Positions 40,270 to 54,248 of a stretch of DNA of 64,000 nucleotides are shown here, in pieces. The stretch spans positions 64,604,001 to 64,668,000 of the forward strand of contig OX597816.1 in the NCBI GenBank assembly GCA_951406725.2, given 5' to 3'. The notes beneath the pieces were generated by a model. That model saw nothing but the letters and a program-made list of their open reading frames with translations. It had not been told where the DNA came from and ran no database searches. The stretch is from Octopus vulgaris. Its lineage: Eukaryota. Position 1 is the stretch's first letter. Each line of letters begins with the position of its first letter. A program made the position numbers and the translations under genes.

Positions 40270-40547
40270 CATACAAGTGTGCGTACATGTCTGGGTTTGC
40301 CCCACGATTGCTAGACAACAGTTAAAACACACCGATCGTATAATTACCGAGTTGAATAAATAATTACTGGGGTCGATTTGTTTGGTTAAAATTCTTCAGC
40401 CTGGTGCCCCAGCAACCAAACGATAAACGATGAAATAAATACGTATATACACACGTATGTGTATATATGTGTGTATATATACATTTATATGCATGTGTAT
40501 ATATGTACACACACACACACACACATATATATGTATATATATATATA

Positions 40548-40593
<46 letters not shown>

Positions 40594-41323
40594 CTTCTAT
40601 GACGGTTCCCGCAATCTCATTTTGTTTAAATTTTCATTATCGATCTTTCGTTATCGATCTAACTAAAATTACTTCTTGAAGCTCTTTAACTGTAATCAAT
40701 GACTAATCTGCACAATTCACCCCTTTAACTTTACTCTTATTGAAACAAAGTCTTCTAAAAATTATTAGACAGACCATGATAGTCAAGAAAAAAGAACTAT
40801 CCTTCTATTCATATTAATGAATTTGTAAACCTACCTTCTTCAGAAAACTAAATTTGATTGCTTATTGATAAATTCCTTACTAAAGTAAAGTAGATCACTT
40901 ACTGATGATTTTGCTTTGGAATTTTCCCGTTAGCCATTTTGATATACGCGTTTCAATTTACTCTGCAAAATATTCTTCACATTTTCTTTTTTCTGGATAT
41001 GAAACAAAAAAAAAAAACCTAAATTTAATTCCAGTATTTATTATTTTCAAGGCATGCTTATTGGCAACTTACCATCTTCGTCGAGTGTCAGAAATGCAAT
41101 ACGAGAATACGCACAGATTGGGATCTTATGAGCGATAAGCAGCAGCACAATGGTGGTGGTGGTAGTGGTGGTGGTGTGGTGTGTGGGGTGAAGTAAGGAA
41201 GATGAGGAGATGGAAGTGAAGGACTGCATGGAGGCGTTGTCAATGATGACGTTGATTGTAGACAGCGCTGAGTACATTATAGGGGAATAAATAGGTTGGA
41301 GTCCCATTTATTTAACATCCTCA

Positions 41324-41389
<66 letters not shown>

Positions 41390-41473
41390 CATATATATAT
41401 ATACATACATACATACATATATATAAATATATATGTATATATATATATATATATATACATATATATGTATGTA

Positions 41474-41504
<31 letters not shown>

Positions 41505-41687
41505 TTACATGCGTGTATGTTTGTATGTATGCATCTATGTATGTATGTCTATACTCACATGCGTACATACATATATACAAACACTATAAACGTAGAAAAC
41601 TAATCTTCATATACGGAAGTGTGTTTGGCGTTGAACCAGTGATTCTGTATAGATTGGAAAATTTGTATTCAATGGCACTACACTTCA

Positions 41688-41725
<38 letters not shown>

Positions 41726-41785
41726 TACACACCAGAAGATGTATGCACAAACACACATTTATAAATACATACACACACACTCTCG

Positions 41786-41841
<56 letters not shown>

Positions 41842-42686
41842 CAACCTATAACAACAAACCAGGACAGGGTTTTTAACTATTTATAGACGAGGAGTGCGCG
41901 CGTTTATCTGTATATGCGTACCTGTGATTGTGTGTTTTCCTTGCACAATTAACAGGCCTCTCTGTACACCTCTAACGAAAAAAGAGCAAACATAATTACG
42001 GAAATGAAAAAAGTCATCATTGTAGAAATTCCTTTATTTTCTGTTATATTCTATTTTTCATTTCATATCATGAACTATGTCGACAACAGACTTTAGTCTT
42101 GAGGAGAGCATTTATTCTGTTTTGCCATCTTTTATAGCTTTACACTCAATTCTAAATATGTATTTGGAACTACTCCAGTTTTCTCTTATTATTGTTGGAC
42201 TGATTCTTTTATCAGAACAACAGAAAAAGCAGAGAATATATTTCTACAGGAATATTTACACAGATTTATGTATACATATATGCATACATGCATTGCATAT
42301 ATACATGCATATGTATTTGTGTATGTATGAATGTATATATATAAACAATCGTGTATGCGTGTATGAACATATATGAGAAATACGAAACCAATATTGACAC
42401 ACATTTGACTACTCATATCCACTAACACACAGACGTATACGGAATGAACAAATATATATGTGTGGATGTGCGTACGCGAACGCCAGTGTGTGTGTCTGTG
42501 TGTGTGTGTATGTGTGATCGCTTTTGTATATGTGTTTATGAATGCATATAAGCATATTCACATAGGCATGTGTGTGCATATATATGATGTGCATATATAT
42601 GATGCATGTGCATATATATGATGCATGTGCATATATATGATGCATGATGCATGTGTGTGCATATATATACATACACACACACACAT

Positions 42687-42723
<37 letters not shown>

Positions 42724-42833
42724 GATGCATATATTGATATATATATTAGAAGAAATGAGGTACTCAGAATTCTGGATGCTTTTATATTTACAGATATTTA
42801 TTAGTATGTTACATGTTTTTATAAATCATATGT

Positions 42834-42880
42834 CATATATTAGCGCTTTCGTCCACTTTAGTGGAGTTTTCAAATACATA
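42834..42880 (-). ncRNA. Minimal hammerhead-like motif, U3:A8 core variant
   Basis: UAUGUAU-UUGAAAA-C-UCCAC(UAAA)GUGGA-C-GAAA-GCGC-UA-AUAUAUG. Helix I has 7 bp including G-U pairs and helix III is the palindrome AGCGCU. It lies in a ~150-bp insert between TA tracts. Confidence 0.65.
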
Positions 42881-42887
42881 TAAATCA

Positions 42888-42932
<45 letters not shown>

Positions 42933-43597
42933 AATCCAAACGGGAAAACAAAAAAACAACAACAATGGAACAATTACAGTATTATTATTAATACGCGCTC
43001 AGGAAATGGAAGCAGATATATATATACGCATACATGTGTCTATAGATATATATTATGCATATATTTCTACATACATATATATGTATGCATGTATGAATTA
43101 TACACAAACTCATATATTTATGTATGTATATATATATATATGTGTGTGTGTGTACATATACGTGTGTACGTGTGTGCGTGTACGCGTATGTGCGTATGTG
43201 TGTGATTGTGTGTGTGTATGTGCGTGTTTGTGTACGCATGCCTGCTTAAATATTCATAATTATCGTTTGTAAAATGGGTCTCACGTTGAAATGTATGAAT
43301 AGCCAATTATTCAAAAAGTTGGATTTGCAATCCTGAGGTTATTTTCTTAATGTCAGGAAGTGGCCGAGAGAAAGTTGGTCTTCCATAGGTGCCTTGTAAC
43401 TGAAACTCATCAATAGGGAATGACACAGTTTTTTTTCCTTTAGATAACAGTGTTGAAACTAGTTTGGTATGTATGTAAATGAAATTTTATCTAAAAACAA
43501 TTATAAGTTTTTCAAATTTAGGTGCATTTCTTAAAACAAATTCTTCTTTATTTTTTTGCTGCGTAGAAATACACTCCTTTCCATAAGTACATACACA

Positions 43598-43677
<80 letters not shown>

Positions 43678-43691
43678 TATATATATATATG

Positions 43692-44482
43692 CCTATGGAA
43701 GTATGCTGTGCGTGAGAAGACCCGGCAAGACTAGTGAAGCCATAACCCGTGGCCCCTACCTGGGACGTAGTCAGTCCACCTGTGCATACCTTCTTTCTTG
43801 TGACACTTGTGAAGACCTGTTGAGGCAAGTGAAAATCAAAAATCAAAATCAAAATCAAACCAAATCAAAATAGATGAACATCAATGGAATTTGTATCTTT
43901 GTGGTACCAGTGCCGGTGGTACATAAGAAAACCATCCGAACGTGGCCGTAGCCAGTACCGCATCGACTGGCCTTCGTGCTGTGGGCACGTAACAAACACC
44001 ATCCGATCGTGGCCGTTCGCCAGCCTCGTCTGGCACCTGTGTCGGTGGCACATAAAAAAACCATCCGAGCGTGGCCGTCTGCCAGCCTCGTCTGGCACCT
44101 GTGTCGGTGGCACATAAAAAACACCATCCGAGCGTGGCCGTCTGCCAGCCTCGTCTGGCACCTGTGTCGGTGGCACATAAAAAACACCATCCGAGCGTGG
44201 CCGTCTGCCAGCCTCGTCTGGCACCTGTGTCGGTGGCACATAAAAAACACCAACCGAGCGTGGCCGTTCGCCAGCCTTGTCTGGCACCTGTGTCGGTGGC
44301 ACATAAAATCACCCACTACACTCTTGGAGTGGTTGGTGTTAGGAAGGGCATCCAGCTGTAGAAACACTGCCAGACCTGACTGGCCTGGTGCAGCCTTCGG
44401 GCTCCCCAGACCCCAGTTGAACCGTCCAACCCATGCTAGCATGGAAAGCGGACGTTAAACGATGGTGATGATGATGATGATA
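43692..44482 (+). mobile_element. Retroposon (probably RTE-related) 3' region with (AAAATC)n, an internal 63-bp array and a (GAT)n tail
   Basis: Ends CCAACCCATGCTAGCATGGAAAGCGGACGTTAAACGATGGTGATGATG and is homologous to 21395-21610. Confidence 0.7.
43903..44310 (+). repeat. 63-bp GC-rich tandem repeat, ~6.3 units
   Basis: Unit GGCACATAAAAAACACCATCCGAGCGTGGCCGTCTGCCAGCCTCGTCTGGCACCTGTGTCGGT, starting at ~43918, 43984, 44047, 44109, 44172, 44235 and 44298. Confidence 0.95.
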
Positions 44483-44487
44483 TATAT

Positions 44488-44683
44488 AGGGGGAGAATTC
44501 ACAAAAGAACAAAAGACGAAGTCAGCTGGTGTAGACAACAAACGGATATATTAGTATAACGCTTGGGTGGTGAAACAGTCTTTAACCTTTCGAGCCTAGA
44601 CTCTTCAACTGAAAGAAACACAGAAAGAGACAAGGAGAGAAAATAAAGAATATGTAGTGGCTACCGATCTATCATGGCGAAAC
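44488..44683 (-). mobile_element. H1-related short element between TA tracts
   Basis: 44580-44615 (-) reads CUUU-CAGUUGA-A-GAGU(CUAG)GCUC-GAAA-GGU-U-AAAG, the same architecture as the H1 motif with a degenerate core. Confidence 0.6.
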
Positions 44684-44701
44684 AATATATATGTATATAT
44701 A

Positions 44702-44778
<77 letters not shown>

Positions 44779-45430
44779 ATAATCAAAAAGGGTAATAACA
44801 TAAGTTATTATTACCAGTGGCCTAGCACAAAAGACGAATTAGTCATTAGACAAAATATTATTCATATAGAAATATAATAAAAGGCTCCCAAAGAAGGAAG
44901 CTTTTTATATCCCTTTCAATAAGAAAAATATACTGTACCTATTAGTAACTGACTCTTGTATGTATCGACTCTCCTAAATATTTAGGCCCTCTGATGAACC
45001 CTAGAGGCACACTCAACATCCAAACTCTATCTACTCTTCCCTGCAGAACACTGAAGACATGGAGTTAGCTTGAACGATATCGTGGTCTCTTGACAGGAAC
45101 AGCCTTAAGGAACTGATCTTTTAATCTTTTACTCTTTTATGTATTACTAGTATATGTTTGTGTAGCACACAGTGTTTGCATGTGTATCTATTCTTATAAT
45201 ACTCCCTTTTGTTTTGGAGTGAATAGACATAATAGAATGTCTACCGGCTGATGGAAGTCATTTTCGCATCCCCATCCATTTTCTTTTTGCCGTATGAATT
45301 AAGGGTAAACCAATTTTTAACCCCGCCCATATATGACACTCGACTGCGAAATTGCCACACACTAACAGAACAGCAGTATATTGGATAGGTACTATCCCTT
45401 GGTTGGCTTCCCAACCTCTAACTCTCACGG

Positions 45431-45482
<52 letters not shown>

Positions 45483-45490
45483 TTATATTC

Positions 45491-45526
<36 letters not shown>

Positions 45527-46335
45527 AGTTGAATGAATAATCTTATTAAGGATAATTCGAAAGATAACCGATACCTGGGTAGCAAATTCACATCAGAAAG
45601 AACACGGTTGAAGCTACGTCCCTAGGGCATAGACTACGTATCTTCGTGCGGAAATTTGTATGTTTATTTTAAAATTATAAGTATATGAAAGAATGGAGTT
45701 GAACGACTAGTTAACAAATATCCTTTATATATATATATATATAACAAATATCCTTTATATATATATGTATATATATATGTATATATATATATTTATATAT
45801 ATATATTTATATCTATATTTATATATATATATGTATATATATGTATGTATGCATGTATATACATACATATACACACACACTCACACACGAACATACACAT
45901 TGTTGACTCCATAAGAATTTGAAGCTTCATGAATATGGAATAATTTCCTTTAGGAGCCGTGAATCTCGAAGCAATTAAACGTATAGATAACAGCAAGTAA
46001 ATATTCGATCCAAACTCCTTTGATATAAGAAGTCGAAGGCTATCCGTCGGAGTCGAACCCACATCTCCTGTAAACATGGCCTTCTGTATATACGTATTTA
46101 CATGTATACAGAAGCTCATTAAATTATTTCGCTTGGACATTTCAATTTGCTGAAATTAATTCTATGGTTGGTGGAATTCTTCTGCGGAAATGATAAGTGA
46201 TATAATTTATGCATTTACATGGTTTCTTTATGAAGATATCTCAAATTCTGATATCTCTACGCTCATTATTTATTCAAACCTGTAGGAAAACTCTCAAACA
46301 TTATTATTTCTTTCAGTGCTCTGAATACATACATA

Positions 46336-46392
<57 letters not shown>

Positions 46393-46412
46393 TGTGTGTA
46401 TGTATGTATGTA

Positions 46413-46518
<106 letters not shown>

Positions 46519-46734
46519 CTTTAATAATCAAAGTCAATACTAGAGGATCTGTTTTCGTGTACCAATAATGAAAATACTTGATTTTCAAACTATTTGTGTG
46601 GTGAATTTACTTCAGTTCCTCGTGTTTTTGTAAGAAGCATTCTCTGTATTTAACATGGTCTATACGGAAAACGCAACCGTTATTATCACGTTACAGGATC
46701 TAAAAGATCGCCCTTTCTCTTTCATATATCCTTC

Positions 46735-47115
46735 TCTACTCTAGGCACAGGGACCAAAATTTTTGAGGAGAAGCCTAGTCGATTAGCTCGGCCCCAGTAT
46801 GCAACAAGTACCTAATTTACCGACCCCGAAAGGGGGAAAGGCAAAGTCGAATTTGAACTCAGAATGTAAAGACACACGAAATACCTATTTCTTTACTACC
46901 CACAAGAGGCTAAACACAGCGGGGACAAACAAGGACAGACAACGGGATTAAGTCGATTACATCGACCCCAGTGCGTAACAGGTACTTAATTTATCGACCC
47001 TGAAAGGATGAAAGGCAATCGACATCGGCGGAATTTGAACACAGAACGTAACGACAGACGAAATACCGCTAAGCATTTCACCCGGCGTGCTAACGTTTCT
47101 GCCCGCTCGCCGCCA
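46735..47115 (-). mobile_element. Nested or tandem family B SINEs
   Basis: Reverse complement of the 22192 consensus, present twice. Confidence 0.88.
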
Positions 47116-47512
47116 GCTTTCTCTTTCATATATTGAAACCTCTAAATAAGTCATTCTTTGGCAGTAAATGTGGTCAATAGGAGGAAGAGCTAAGCTTGAA
47201 TGTTGGGTAAGAAATGTTTTCCTTTTACCCCCTCATTACATACTTCAACTTCGTTATGTTTCTCGTCACTCAAAGGAATGTGCAGAAAGCTTGGCATTGG
47301 ATGTCGGAAAGTACAAGGACCTTGTTTTGAAGTTTTCTTCGGTAGATTACGCTTTTGCATCGGTTTGTTTTTGACATTTATTTTGTTCTGACGCGGCAGC
47401 ACCATCAGTTCTAACTCCAGATCAATGGAATTGCAAAATGCATGAAATGTGAACTGTTTGGCCAACGTGATTGAACACTTACACGTGTTACACTACTTAT
47501 GTAAGGGAAATA

Positions 47513-47618
47513 ACTGTTTCTTTATTGCCCACAAGGGGCTAAACATAGAGAAGACAAACAAGGACAGACAAACGGATTAAGTCGATTACACCGACCCCAG
47601 TGCGTAACTGGTACTTAA
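47513..47618 (-). mobile_element. 5'-truncated family B SINE
   Basis: 15-bp TSD TATGTAAGGGAAATA at 47498 and 47619. Confidence 0.9.
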
Positions 47619-48013
47619 TATGTAAGGGAAATATCGCTTATCCGGATCACGCGCTTTACCAAGTAAAATTCATTGAATTTTAATTTTTATTCATAATGCA
47701 TCGCTATAAGTCTGAGATTTAGAAGTTGTAACATATTATTTACAATAGAATAGGTTTTATTCTTCTTGATAGTATTATAATGGTTATTGTCCACTATAAT
47801 GACTACATTCGCTTGCGATAAACCATGTAGAATACGTGAAAGTACATATTGAAATGCCTCGTGATCATTGTATGATTTGTTGGTCTATTCGGTTTCGTTT
47901 ATCTACACACACACATATATATATATATACACATTTCCAAGGCTCAGATTGAAGTACATACACATAAACATGAGATTATACAGCTTCATGTGTATATATG
48001 TATGTATGTATGA

Positions 48014-48245
48014 AGGTGGCGAGCTGGCAGAAACGTTAGCACGCCGGGTGAAATGCGTAGCCGTATTTCGTCTATCGTTACGTTCTGAGTTCAAGTTCCG
48101 CCGAGGATGACTTTGCCTTTCATTCTTTCGGGGTCGTTAAATAAAGTACCAGTTTCGCGCTGCGGTCGATGTAATCAACTTAATCCCTTTGTCTGTCCTT
48201 GTTTGTCCCATCTATGTTTAACACCTTGTGGCTAGTAAAGAATTA
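48014..48245 (+). mobile_element. Family B SINE, full length
   Basis: Colinear with 22192. Confidence 0.9.
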
Positions 48246-48766
48246 TATGTATGCATGCATGCATGTATGCATGCATGTATGTATGTATGTATGTATGTAT
48301 GTATGTATGTATGTATGTATGTAGGTATGTATGTATGTATGTATGTATGGGTGTGTGTGTATGTATGTGTTAATGTTTGTGCGTGCCTAGTTACGGCCAT
48401 AATATAGTGGTAACATTCTAAGCCCAATAGGGGCCATCCTGTCTTTGATGAAAACTCAAAATTTCATACTGTTGTTAACAGGAGAAAATTAGTGCCAGAC
48501 TAGTGCAGTGTTGCTGCAGTCTATACTTCTTGCAGCCGTCACATAACAGATGCTGCACCGCGGTCAAGGTGTAGAGTAACCGAGAGAATGTCTATATCTG
48601 CTCGAGATAACACGTAAAACACTTTGCGAAGCATGATAGATGCTACTTGGTGCTACTCGTTTGCGCACCAGGTCTATGATTTATATACATATGCACACAT
48701 ACACACTCACACACATATGTAGACATTCATACCTGTATATTTATATACATACAGACACACACACAA

Positions 48767-48809
<43 letters not shown>

Positions 48810-48828
48810 TGAATTAGGAGATAAAACC

Positions 48829-48883
<55 letters not shown>

Positions 48884-49705
48884 TGTCCAGACACATAGAT
48901 GCATATATACATAGATACATACATGCATGCACACATACATACATACATACATACATACATACATACATACATACATACATACATACATACACGTACTAAA
49001 ATATGTACATATAGAGAGGTTGGTGATAAGCGAGTATATGAGATAAAAAAGAAAAAGTTAATGCCGAGGCAGCTAAACAAATATAATTCCAAGAAGTAGA
49101 AAGTAAATGCATTATTTTCCGTGCAAAACACACATGGGATTTGTAGCATAAGTTTTATAAGTAAATGCTATTAGAATGATTGTATTTTGTACCCGCTATT
49201 TTCTCGAATCTGCTCGAGTATTCGTTGTATGTAACCGAAAAAAAAATGGAGGCAAAATTGTATGCTTTCCACGAATATTTACTGATCTTTATCTTTTAAC
49301 GTATTTACATAAAACACACACATACATATGTGTGTATATGTGTGTGCGTGTGCGCTTGCGTATTTTGTATATATGTATATATTCAACTAAATGTTAGAGG
49401 AAATATCATTAAATATATACTGCAGGAATGTTGACGCCATAAACTATACAACGTAGAACATTTTATAGATTCTTCGATAATGGAAAAAAAATTATTTTTA
49501 TACGTCGCCCACACCCGTGCGCACGTACCAATGTACAGATCTTACTTTTTACCAAAGCCTTTTATTGCATGTATTATTATAATGTTATTAAAATTGTGGA
49601 CCTACGTTGATTTCATATGACGAAAATATATTAGTATTTTCGATTGGATGGTTACCCGAGTATTAATATTTCAGTCAATTCAATGACCTTCATACATACA
49701 TATAT

Positions 49706-49997
49706 ATATTAGAGGGAAACCACTATGTGGAAACCCTTATGCTAGAAATAGATCCGCCATGGTCTTACCACTAAGAAATGTTCTCAAGAAAAATTTAGCA
49801 AAACAACCAAAACGTAATATGTTAATAGTGAAACATGTATGCGAATAATCCATATTTTTATTTCTTTTTCTTTTGTCCTGCTCGATTACGTTTTGGCTGT
49901 TTTGCTAAATTTTTCTTGAGAACATTTCTTAGTGGTAAGGCCATAGGGGAACTATTTCTAGCATAAGGGTGTCAGCATAGTGGTTTCCCTCTAATAT
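49706..49997. repeat. Fold-back inverted repeat, ~113-bp arms with a 66-bp spacer, TA-flanked
   Basis: 49706-49818 is the near reverse complement of 49885-49997. The spacer contains GAAACATGTA. Confidence 0.93.
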
Positions 49998-50131
49998 GTA
50001 TATAATACAATTTTACTGAACCTTCAGTTTTTTTTTATATGCTAGACCACTGGTGTGAAATCGATGTTTATTAAATTAATATCTAATTTCTCACCCTCAT
50101 TTTAATTATGTATATATATATATATATACAT

Positions 50132-50192
<61 letters not shown>

Positions 50193-51038
50193 CCTATACA
50201 TGTTTATTATATATATAGATATATGCATGTGCACACACGTACGCATATGCATATAAGCGTCTTGTATGTACATCTGTGGCTGTGTGTGGGGGGTGCGTGC
50301 GTATGTTTGTGTCCGCGTGTGCATGTGTGTGTATTCATACTCACACCCGGCACTATGCGTGGTGAAATTTGTGGGCGCATCATAGGAATTGTAGTAATTT
50401 TCCAGTTGTTGGTTGGTACATGTTATATGAATGACTATCAACCATTTTAAATCTAAGGATACCATTTCACTTTGCTGGATTCCCATGTTTAAAAAATCAA
50501 TTATATTTCTATAATTAAATACCATTAAGATTTATATAAAAATTATTAAGATGATTTTAACAAGTGTAACTATTTTATTATTCATAAACTTTAACAAAAT
50601 CTTATACGGACCCCCAGTTTCAAATGGCCTCAGCTTTTAACCTCTGTGTTAGCTGAATGCTTCAGCCATATTTTAGGTCTTACTCTGGAAGTTACCATTT
50701 GACGTTGTCCCTTGTATCGCGCGCGTTCTCAGCGTTCTCCTTTGTAGATTAACTCTTTCTTATTGTTTGGCACTCTTTCTTGTCTTACATTCAACAATTG
50801 CCTCCCCTGATATTGATATGTCCTGTTTACGTTAATTTTTTTATTATTCTTTTTGTGAGAACATCATCTCGTTTTGTCCTGTGAATCACCAAATTATTTC
50901 CCATTACATGAAAAACAATTAGTCCTCTTTATAAACATTTTCTTTGGGATTATTGGATATTGTTAAGGGAAGTTTTGTTGAGTCTGCATCCTTACACAAA
51001 CGACCAAATAAATTTGAGTGGCTTATAATGACTTATAT

Positions 51039-51345
51039 GGAGGCACATGACCTAGTGGTTAGAGCAGCGGACTCGCGGTCGAGGGACCGCGGGTTCTAAT
51101 CTCAGACCGGACAATGTGTGTGTTTATGAGCGAAACACCTAAGCTCCACGCCGCTCCAGCGGAAGGTAATGGCAAACTTCTGCTGACTCTCTCGCCACAA
51201 ATTTCTCTTACTCTTTCCTCCTGCATCTTGCAGCTCACCTGCGACGGACCGGCGTCCCGTCCAGGTGGGGAACCTATACGCGAAGGGAACCGGGAAACCT
51301 GCACTTATGAGCTAGGCGTGGTTCGAGAAGGAACAAACAATAATA
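51039..51345 (+). mobile_element. Family C SINE
   Basis: GGAGGCACATGACCTAGTGGTTAGAGCAGCGG...GGTTCTAATCTCAGACCGG, with the tail GGCGTCCCGTCCAGG and an (AAC/AAT)n end. Confidence 0.87.
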
Positions 51346-51802
51346 ACGTATTCAATGACGCTTTAAAATAACTAAACGAAACGAAACATAATTTTACCCC
51401 AATGAATTTCAAGGGAGGAACACAACCCTACCCAAATCCAATTTTGCATTATCATCATACATTTCCTGGAACAGTTTATCAGGGTAAATAAAAGATCGTT
51501 GGATGATAGCTAAAGGCTTAGCACGTGCAATTGTCGACACTTGTCATACATAAAATGAAATATAACCCTAAACATGGTGCATTAAATTGTTCCATTCTCA
51601 TTGTCTTCAAATATGTTCATATATCAATCGGGTATCGGAGTTCATACAGAATATTCCAGAAGCGCAGCGATTTTTTTTTTATCCTCAATTAGATCAATTT
51701 TGATTTTTTTTCACCAATGACTAGGCAAAATATTCAATATATTTTTCTCTTTTATTGGTGTTAGTTTTAGTCATGCTGACGAACCGATTTCAGCAAATAT
51801 AA

Positions 51803-51880
<78 letters not shown>

Positions 51881-53686
51881 CGTGCGTGTGTGTGTGTGTT
51901 TTACATTATAACAACAAAAGTGTGTTGTCGAAACAGTACGGAAACAAATTCAACAGAAAGAAGTAAGCTTATGTCTAATTCGGTCCCTCATTCGCTTCTA
52001 AAGTATATTATTTGTAAATAGTTGAAATAACTTTGCGAAAGTTTTGTACCGAAGAGAAAAAAAAACGAATAACGAAAACAAAGACACGAATAAAGAAAAA
52101 GGAACGAAGAATTTACATGTAAGAAACTGGTGATGATTGTATGTAACTTTATCGAAATCAATTCAGCGAATACCTTTCTACTGGAAATTTACAGTGAATA
52201 TTAAGATGCATATGTGTATTTGTGCGTAAATGTATTTATGTATGGAGCCATCTATGCATTTAGTAATGACGTTTAAGAATGCTACTAGAAAACTAGTTAG
52301 AAATAACGGAGTAAAAACCAATTCAAAATATTTTTTTCTTGAATTGTTAATTTGAGTAAGATGGTAGGGGAATGTGAACGGCCATGAAGAGGTACGTGAC
52401 TAAAATGATATTGCAGCGCACCTAGAAGGCTACTGGGTCATGTTATGATGCCATTATTGTCACTTCCGATCCAGGTGGATTATTGTATGCACTGCAGACA
52501 CCATCACCAATAACACTGGTCATGTGGTGTAAGTATGTGATGAATGAAGAGAGAGAGAGAGAGAGAGAGAACGGGGAAGAGAGAAGGGATCTAGCAAGGG
52601 GGAAATTGCGAAATATCTAAATGAGCAAAAAATATGCTTTAGCAACTTAATAATAAACTTTGTTGGTAAGTTACAGTGAACAACGAGGAAAAAAGTGAAA
52701 TAGGAAACAAAAATGAAAAACGATATAGTAAAGCAAGATGGAACGGGTTCACTAAGTGACTGAAGTATGTATGTTGAAATAAAAAGACGAAAAGGCGTGT
52801 ATTAGACTGAAATGCAATTGTAAGGGCGGATTTACGTTTCCAAACTACATCATCATCTTATCGAGAAGCGGATGCTATTTTCACAAAACTGCATAAAATA
52901 GTTTATGTTGAACTAAGAGAACTTGCCATAAAAAATAATAATAATAAAAATATCTCTTTTATTTCTATTCGTGGAATTTTGTTTCATTCTTTGTATATTT
53001 TATATCTTATTTTCTCGATCAATCTCTTTCTCGCTATCATCTTCGTTTCTTTTAAGATTTCTTGATATTTTTTTTTCATCCCTTCTCACAATACAAAGCA
53101 ATATATTGATAAATATTTCTTGACTGCAACATTGGTACGTTAATATCGGAAATTAAAATGCTAAATCTGAAGACATTTTACCAATTCATTTATGTAGTCG
53201 TTGTAAATGTCGATGTGCGGTCGTTAGTTTTCTCTGAACTCAACTGACTGTATTTTGATTGTTTAGTTGAAGCAGATTCTCTTTCTAATAAATACCACAA
53301 TATCACAGTCTCTTGCCCTTAAAAATGACAATTACTAACTACGGGGTAAAGTAGTACAAACGCTAAGAAAACCAGTCTAGATATTTTTTTCCATTTGCAA
53401 GAAATGTAATGCAGGTTCTCTTATTTTCATATACAATTTCTCTATCATATCATTCCAACTTTTGTAGTTAAACATTTTTATTGATTTCAGTGACTGGCCT
53501 GTGGCCATGGTGAGGCAGTTCATTAGAGGAGGCATAGTCGATCATTATGACTCAATTAAGTGACACATTTCCTGTTTACTGCCTGAAACATAAATACGGA
53601 TAGAGAGAGAAAGATTATAATCAAAACACACACATAGATGCATACACATATATTCACATACACATCCATATGTGTGTGTGTGTGTG

Positions 53687-53717
<31 letters not shown>

Positions 53718-53758
53718 CTGTGTGTCTGTGTGTCTGTGTGAAAATGTTTGTATGGACG

Positions 53759-54236
53759 CAGGCGTGCCTGTGTGGTAAGAATGTTGCTTCCCGACCACAT
53801 AGTTTTGGGTTCAATCCTACAACGCGGCGCACTGTCTTCTACTATAGCTACAGGGGCCGACGAAACCCTAGTCAGTGGATTTGGTAAACAGAAACTGAAA
53901 GAAGCCCGTCGTATATACATATGTGTATGTATATGAGTGTGTGTGTGTATGAGTATGCGTGTGTGTCATTTTGTCTTTCTCCCCCACAACTGCTTGACAA
54001 CCGGTATTGGTGTGTTTATACCGAGCTCGCAACGCCAGACTTTGGAATGCATGTATTTCAGAGAATATATGTGTGTGTGTGTGTGTGTGTGTGTTTGTGG
54101 GTGTGTATGCTTGTGTGCCTTTGTTTGTCCCCCACTACTGCTTGACAACCGCAACCGGTGTTTGTGTGTTTATGTCAGAGGTTTGACAAAAGTACCGAGC
54201 TCGCAAAGCCAGACTTTGGAATGCTTGCATTTCATA
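53759..54236 (+). mobile_element. Family A SINE, truncated, with a local duplication of its end plus ~40 bp of flank
   Basis: ACCGAGCTCGCAAnGCCAGACTTTGGAATGC occurs at ~54020 and ~54195, each time after CTGCTTGACAACCG. Confidence 0.8.
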
Positions 54237-54248
54237 GAATTTATGTAG

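Noticed and set aside
43903-44310. CRISPR-like regular array and overlapping repetitive ORFs (43855-44458)
   Set aside because: The units are contiguous near-identical 63-mers with no unique spacers and no cas genes. The ORFs stay open only because 63 is a multiple of 3.
44991-45360. CTGATGA, CTGAAGA and CTGATGG strings as hammerheads (also 1463, 1935, 14693, ~35625 on the minus strand and 51776)
   Set aside because: I could not build convincing helices I-III around them.
52360-52535. Possible host exon ending at GTAAGT
   Set aside because: No recognisable protein in any frame and no clear acceptor. It cannot be supported without RNA-seq.
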